DNA of 56,971 nt, filler included, from Sphacelaria rigidula (taxonomy: Eukaryota), in the NCBI GenBank assembly GCA_964200075.2. It is 5 parts of 5 records of this genome, joined end to end, with 100 filler letters (N's around TTAATTAATTAA, not from the genome) between each part and the next. Parts side by side here need not be neighbours in the genome. Positions count along the whole stretch, not along the records: positions 45,659 to 56,971 come from CAXNAA020005079.1; 4 more parts are not named here. One strand, given 5' to 3'. The stretch's first letter is position 1. The number at the start of each line of letters is the position of its first letter. The notes below the pieces were generated by a model that did no database searches, was not told the origin of the DNA, and was given only the letters and a program-made list of their open reading frames with translations. The translations under genes were made by a program, and so were the position numbers. Below, in pieces: positions 50,932-56,971 of this stretch.

Positions 50932-51825
50932 TAGTAGTCAGCATCAGAAGTTTTCAGGATCCGTAGTTGTTGTAGTTTTTGAGTTTTTCTCGAGTACTAT
51001 TCTTCAATACCACTTGAAAGTGCTAGCGCCGGTAGATATAGGGGGAGAGCGTAGGCCGCGCTCAAACTGCAGTGCCCAAGTTGGTGTTTTTGGGACGATA
51101 CGAACTAGATACCCCGTTTAGCAGGAGGGTGTTATTGTGCGTTATTGGTGCAATAAAACAGTTTTCCGGCTCTTCCGCAACGAAACGGTGAATATTCAGA
51201 TAAATAGATACGTATAGGAGTCTTTACAATAACGATCGCGATCGTGTGTCCCTCCTTTACTGCACATACCTCAGTCTGCGGATGCCCTGTTTTCGTTTTA
51301 TTTTCGCATAATATTTTCAATAAGCACTCGAAAGTGCTAGCGTCAATGGTTTTGGAGAAGTAAGTAGACCGTGCTCAAATCACAATGCCCAAGTTGGTGT
51401 TGTGGGGGCGATACGGAGTAAAGACCCCGTTTATCAGGAGGGTGTTATTGACCGTAAATGGTCCAAGAAAAATGGCTTTTCGGCTTTAGCGCAGTGGATA
51501 GGTGGAATTTCGAAAAGCTCATCTTTTTTGAGTCTTCACTTATATGATCAGGATCGAGTCCGTCCACCAAAAATACCGGAAAGCTAGAACCTGGGGTTGC
51601 ACTTTCGCAGGACCCCCGAAGATCGGTCAAGCCCGTAAGTTACTCAATATTGATCGCAGATATTCTTTCTTTCATCATTTGTCAAGATGAATGAAATATC
51701 TTGTGATGCCCATTTTTTGTCATCCAACAGCCACTGTGATGAGCGGTGGCAAGCGAACCAAATTTGGAAAATCTATGAGAAACTGAGAAATTACGAATTC
51801 TGCATACTTCTGACGCTGACTACTA
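50932..51825. mobile_element. Tc1/mariner-type MITE with an internal duplication
   Basis: TA|TAGTAGTCAGCATCAGAAG ... CTTCTGACGCTGACTACTA|TA. The unit CACT.GAAAGTGCTAGCG...CCCCGTTTA.CAGGAGGGTGTTATTG occurs twice (about 51011 and 51325). The interior is related to 45831-46383. Confidence 0.8.
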
Positions 51826-51974
51826 TATCCTGCAGATATGTTGTCTACTCCCCCCGACTCTGAAAAATCAAAAGTTATAATTCTCAACGTCGAATCCATG
51901 ACGCCGTAGCCATTTGATCCGACACGCCAATTTGCTTTGAATTGCTGTCTTCTCCCCCATCACGAGTTCATCAG

Positions 51975-52244
51975 GCCTGCGGCAGGGGGCTACGCGTACG
52001 AGGAATCGGTGGATCACGGCATTCCAGCATGGCAGCAGCAGCAGCAACACTGCTATGAGCAGCAACAATCGCACCTTCAGCACCAACACCCTCACCACCA
52101 GCACCAGCAAGCCATGTACGACAATCACCAGTACCAGCGAGGACTTGCAGGAGGCGTTGCACCCCCGGGGACGATCATACGGCAAACCCTAGTTTCACCT
52201 CTGAAGGTGCCGATGCCTGTAGACTCGCCGGATGGAGGCCAACG
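51975..52244 (+). CDS. Low-complexity protein, Gln/His-rich exon
   Basis: ATCAG acceptor. CG|G continues in frame to PAAGGYAYEES...QQQQQHCYEQQQSHLQHQHPHHQHQQ...GGQ. It either splices at GTGAGG (52245) or stops at TGA 52246-52248. Confidence 0.65.
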
Positions 52245-52281
52245 GTGAGGATTAAATGATATTCAGTATCATTTCACTCTA

Positions 52282-52827
52282 CAGTAGTGGCCGGTCTAAC
52301 TATTCAGGGGTGTTCGGGGGTTTTCCTCGCGTGCTACTCTTCGATATAACTCGAGATCGCTAGCGTCTGTAGATTTTGGTAGAACAAAACAGTTCATCTT
52401 CGAAAAACAGTGCCCCAGTCAGTGTCAGTTGGTGTTATCGGGCGAAACGAGTGAATACCCCGTTTATCAGAAGGGTGTTATTGACGTGAAACACAGTTTT
52501 TCGGCCCTAGTGCACTGAGTCGGCATAATTTAACAAAAAACTGTATATTTCTCCACAAGTATGATCGGGACGGGCTCGATCGACCGAAAATACACAAGAG
52601 TGAGAATCTGGGCTGAAACGTGGCAGGACCCCCGATGACCGGTCAGCCCGTAAGTCACTTAACATTGAGTACACACGATTTTTTCTTCTTGGGATGTGGA
52701 GCGGATACAAATATCTTCAGATTCTCGATGTGATGAGGGGTGGCAAGCGAAAAGAGCCCAAGAAAATCGCCAGTCATGAAAAACTCACAAAATGCCATAA
52801 AATGATTAGTTGGACCGCCAACTACTG
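52282..52827. mobile_element. Tc1/mariner-type MITE, second copy of the 45831 element
   Basis: TA|CAGTAGTGGCCGGTCTAACTATT ... ATTAGTTGGACCGCCAACTACTG, colinear over the full length. Confidence 0.88.
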
Positions 52828-54852
52828 GATCATGATTTCTTCCAATTCCGCTTTGATGGGTTTGTGTGCATTGGTGAAGTTTTGTGGTGAAAAAAAACGG
52901 TTATCAGTTTGCATCGTATTCCGAAGCTCCCGCCAAAGTGATTGCTTTTGTAGACAGGTGTGAAGTTGATGTGAGGAAATATTTCTCGGGGGACCACAAC
53001 ACCAGGGCCCCCTGGTGCGTGCGCCTTTAGCGGGTGACGATGCCCGTCGATTCGCCGGATACGTTTTAAGGTGGTGAGTAAAATAACCCACGATGTGACA
53101 TATTCCAATGCCTGAGTGCCCATTGAGTTTGGCCGCCATGGTGATAATAATGGCATCCGTTCCCGTCCGCTCCGTCCACCTTGGGGGAACAGGAAATGCA
53201 GAGTGGTACGCTATGGTTAATCCTTTTCGAGTAATGTTAAAACATCACCAGATATATAAGTTCGAGTTTTTGTCGATGCTCTGAGAGTTCGGCGAATGCT
53301 TGTGGTATGCTTATCCCACTCTCCCCTGTGCCCTGTCTACTGCATGTCTACTGCATGGCACCGAAGTAGGAAGAAACGAGGGCATCGTGACTCGCAGCAC
53401 GCGCAGATGGGGGGTGATGACTATTTCTCATGGCAACAGGTCGGTGCGGCTGCACGGCCAGCACGCGAGAAACGGGATAAATGGTGACGGAGGTGCAGCC
53501 ATGGTATCACGAATGCCGCACTGAGTGATGTCATGGCGGGGGCCCGTTGAGTGTGTAGCACGACGGTCCCTTTGTAGCTAAGAAGTACGCCGGCTTGTTT
53601 TGAGAAAGGGTTCGAGACAGGAATTTACGCATCAAGTTGTCGTGGTCAGAAATAGAGCTGGTTATCTGTTTTGTTGTGTTCACGTGGTTATTAGTGTCAT
53701 GATATATTATCGGTGCTTGGCATCTCTGCTGTATGTGTGTATTGAACATGCCCCCCCCCGTCTCTTTTTTAGTTTTGCCGCTGCTTGGGCGCTGTCTTGA
53801 TTACATCCTCGATTTTCTTTTGCCGTCTTATTTTCGCTTTTTGTGTACAGTTCCGAAATAGCTGTGCATGTTGAGAGTGTGCATAAAACGTCAACATGCA
53901 CACAACCGAAACGCCACGCCTTCCCAGCACACCCGCGCACAACTCACACGCGGTGGGAACGGTTGGGTGGTGCGTATTCAAGTCGAGGCGGCGAACGCAA
54001 GGGATGTAGGACTTCTGTTAGCTGCATGTGTCCTGGAGGGCGAGGGGGAGGGGGAGGGGGGGCAGTACTAGCTCAGCACAACCTTGACAGATCGATGAGC
54101 ACTTTACCAGCGTGGCGTCTAGGACAACGTCACATCGTGGTTGCACTACAGACGGGGCACTATGTGATGAAGAAGCAGCCCTCATGTTGCGGTAGGTGTG
54201 CTTGTAGGGTGGAGCCGTGACGTGCTTTGGAGTTTCTCATGTGATCAAAGTGAGTGGTGGGGGCAAATTGCACTGACCAAATTCATCTGTAGCAATGGTC
54301 ACGGGAGCGGGAACTGTGCGTAAGGTTTTGCAGAAGGTGTGAACAGTTGACGTTTTGAGCGTTTTCCTTGAAAGATACGTGTAAAACGGGGGCCGAAATG
54401 CTGAACGAACGAGATCACTTGGAGATTTCAGACGGCACTTTCAGGTAGACTTTTGTCATGCGGCGTGGTCGTTTCATGCTACGAGATTCTGACCTGGAAT
54501 CGGATCTCAATACAGTACCTCCACGTTGTTGGGCGTGTCTGTTTATTCCTGATGTTTGAGTGGTTCCTCCACGTTGGTGGATGTATTTGGCATAGTTTTG
54601 TGTTTCATCTCTGGCCGTGTGGTGATCCCCGTGTGCTGTGGGTGACGGGGTGGAACACCTCCCGGTGACGTTAAATGCGATCATGACCCTCTCCCAGAGT
54701 GTGACCCGGCACTCCAGCACAAGTCCGCTTATCGCAAGCCATTGAATGTTGTTGCGTCCCCCCCCCCCCTCCCCCAATATGCAAATAGATAAAAATCGCG
54801 TGTGTCGTACTCCATCAGTCGCGGGGTGTGGCCACTGCGAGCTGTGCAACAG

Positions 54853-54880
54853 GAAACGACATCCACGGTGGAAAGTGTGA
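54853..54880 (+). CDS. Possible terminal coding exon of the low-complexity protein ((R)KRHPRWKV*)
   Basis: CAACAG acceptor, phase 2 compatible, stop at 54878-54880. Very short, so a chance match is possible. Confidence 0.3.
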
Positions 54881-56971
54881 CTGGTGATGCAAAGGATTTG
54901 TATTCGAACATGATAGACTACAGAAAAGCAATTGAAATGCGTCGTAAAAACAAAACGTGGTTTCCGGTGTGTTTGGCGAAGAAATGGTTCGTTTTGTTTT
55001 CTCTCCATGTTCATATGAGCGATAGGCAAAGAATGGGCGGCATGATTGTCCGCTCGTCTTACCTTGTCTTTTTCGGCGGCAACAAGGGATATGAGGGGGG
55101 GGGGGGGAGCATGTCTTTCATGTTGCGAGGAGAGCAGGGTCAGGAAGGAGTCCCCCTTGCACTTGCTGTGTCCAGCGTGTTGTTGTCGTTGGGGTGGTGT
55201 TACACGATCTCGTCAGGTTGCGTGTCAGTACTTCCTCGTGCTGTTTATGATTTCAGGGTCAAAATTTTGCCGTAGTCGTTCGTGTTCATGAGCCATTTTT
55301 TTATGACAGATACAACAGTATCGTTCGTGGGGGGTTTGTCACTTCTCACGGTCCGTGGTGCTGAGGCTCATACCTCTGCACACCTCCACTGTTTGAGGCG
55401 ACTACGTGTACCCTTACCCGTTTGCTGATGCTGACTTCCAAACAAAGCACATGGTGAGGGTGCGGGGTGCACGGGAGTGTGGCATCTCTGAATGAAGCGG
55501 CCGTTTTGTGCTTGGCGGGACAGGACTAGTCAAATGTACGACCGATCGTCTAGTCTCTCGTGTTTGGTCCATCGCAGGTGCGAGCAGCCGATGATTGTGC
55601 CGGTCATGTTCTCGGTGAAGGCAGTGCTTGTGATAGCGACATATGACGCATACTCGAATGAGCTGCTTTGGGTTCGTCCACTCGTGACTTCTTCCTTTGA
55701 AATGGCTTGTAGGGAGGAAAAGCCTTCAACAGCCTGGTTCTCAGCCCCGTGTTGCTGATTTTGCCGGTGTTGAATGCTACTGCCAACGTGAGTTTGTTTA
55801 TAACCCGTATTTGTAGGTGAGATGGACCGTGGGGGGTGTCGAGTAAATCACCCTTTGTACCAGACTGATGGAAAAAATATAATCCCGGCAATGGAGTTGA
55901 TGCATGGCTTCCAAGCGCTATAGATCGCACTCGCCGACGATGCCACGCACTGCGCCCGGCATCGGGGGGCTCAACGACCTCGGCGTCTGTCAGCTTATAT
56001 TACTCTACTGATTCCAATCTCACGAAGTGAAATTGGTTTCTGCCCCGGGTGAAAGTTCGACTAACCGTTTCCCTGCGACTCGGTTTTTGCGACTTTTTTT
56101 TGCTAGATGTTCCGCTCTAAAATCCCTTTTGATTTCGGTTTTTGGGGGAAAATTTTGTCGAACAGACACCAAGCGCACCCTGCTCCAAGGGGCATGTGTA
56201 CACACAGCAATTGCTGCTGCCTACCTAGTACCATCCTCCTAACCGAAGTCTTGAGTGAAAACGCCAAGCGTTCATCTGCTCGATGCGACTACTGTTATGG
56301 ATCGGGGCGTAATGGTTGGAGGGTAAACCAAGGATGAGCCCAGCTATTCGACTGACGGGCTCGGAGGGCTAGTTGATCTGACCTACGGGTATTCTAATTA
56401 GAGGGCAGGGAGGGTGTCCGTTTGTAACGGTCACAGACACGCCTCCGTTGGCGCCGTGGTTGCATTACCCAGCGTATTCCTTGGTTTTACTCTCTACCTG
56501 AGCAAAAACGACCTCATGTGAATATATTGATGAGGCACTCAAAACCACCACTACAAAAGAGAAATATCATCGCCTGAAGCTGTGATCAAGATCCTTGCCG
56601 TTCCATGTGAACTGTAGTGCGTTGGAAGTATTCCCGCTTGCTATGCTTGTTGCTGGTTGGTTGCTGAACACTGTGAGAAAGTACATGGATACTACGTACC
56701 AATCCAAGTATATTAGTGGGAGTCACGGTGTGAGAGAGGGGTTTGGCAGATCAAGAACACCTCTCTTGAACCCGACCTTCTACTAAATCGGTTTAAGAGA
56801 GGTTTTCTCTTGAACCGAACAGTTGGTTCCAATTTTTCAAATTGGCTGTTGTCTCAGACCCACTTGTATGGCAAGCACGAATAACAGTGTTTTCGTGAGA
56901 TAACAACAAATTGTGAGAATTGAGGTTTAACTTCGAGATGAGGCTCAAGCCTAAAACAGTGCTTTCCCCAC

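Overview
Eukaryotic, intron-rich, repeat-rich DNA. The gene structures (GT-AG introns of roughly 0.25-3 kb) and a short GDP-mannose dehydrogenase-type gene point to a brown alga (Phaeophyceae), by inference. The window is not one locus. Four identical 100-nt spacers (N44-TTAATTAATTAA-N44) split it into five pieces of 11316, 11314, 11314, 11314 and 11313 nt, which looks like size-sorted unrelated contigs. Piece 1 has two exons of a DUF389 membrane-protein gene and a three-level transposon nest (SINE inside a hAT derivative inside a mariner-type element). Piece 2 has a 2.5-kb mariner-type non-autonomous element and a decayed, intron-containing hAT transposase with a BED finger. Piece 3 has five exons of a Ser/Thr kinase with a ~98-residue Ser-rich insert, 3' end not found. 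Piece 4 has a complete 3-exon, 324-aa UDP-glucose/GDP-mannose dehydrogenase family gene (probable alginate-pathway GMD) with a 1.7-kb nested palindrome complex upstream. Piece 5 has exons of a low-complexity Gly/Trp/Gln/His-rich protein with several GW/WG motifs, with MITEs and SINEs in and around its introns. I found no convincing new multi-gene system. The best leads are the GW/WG protein, the foldback complex and the kinase insert.
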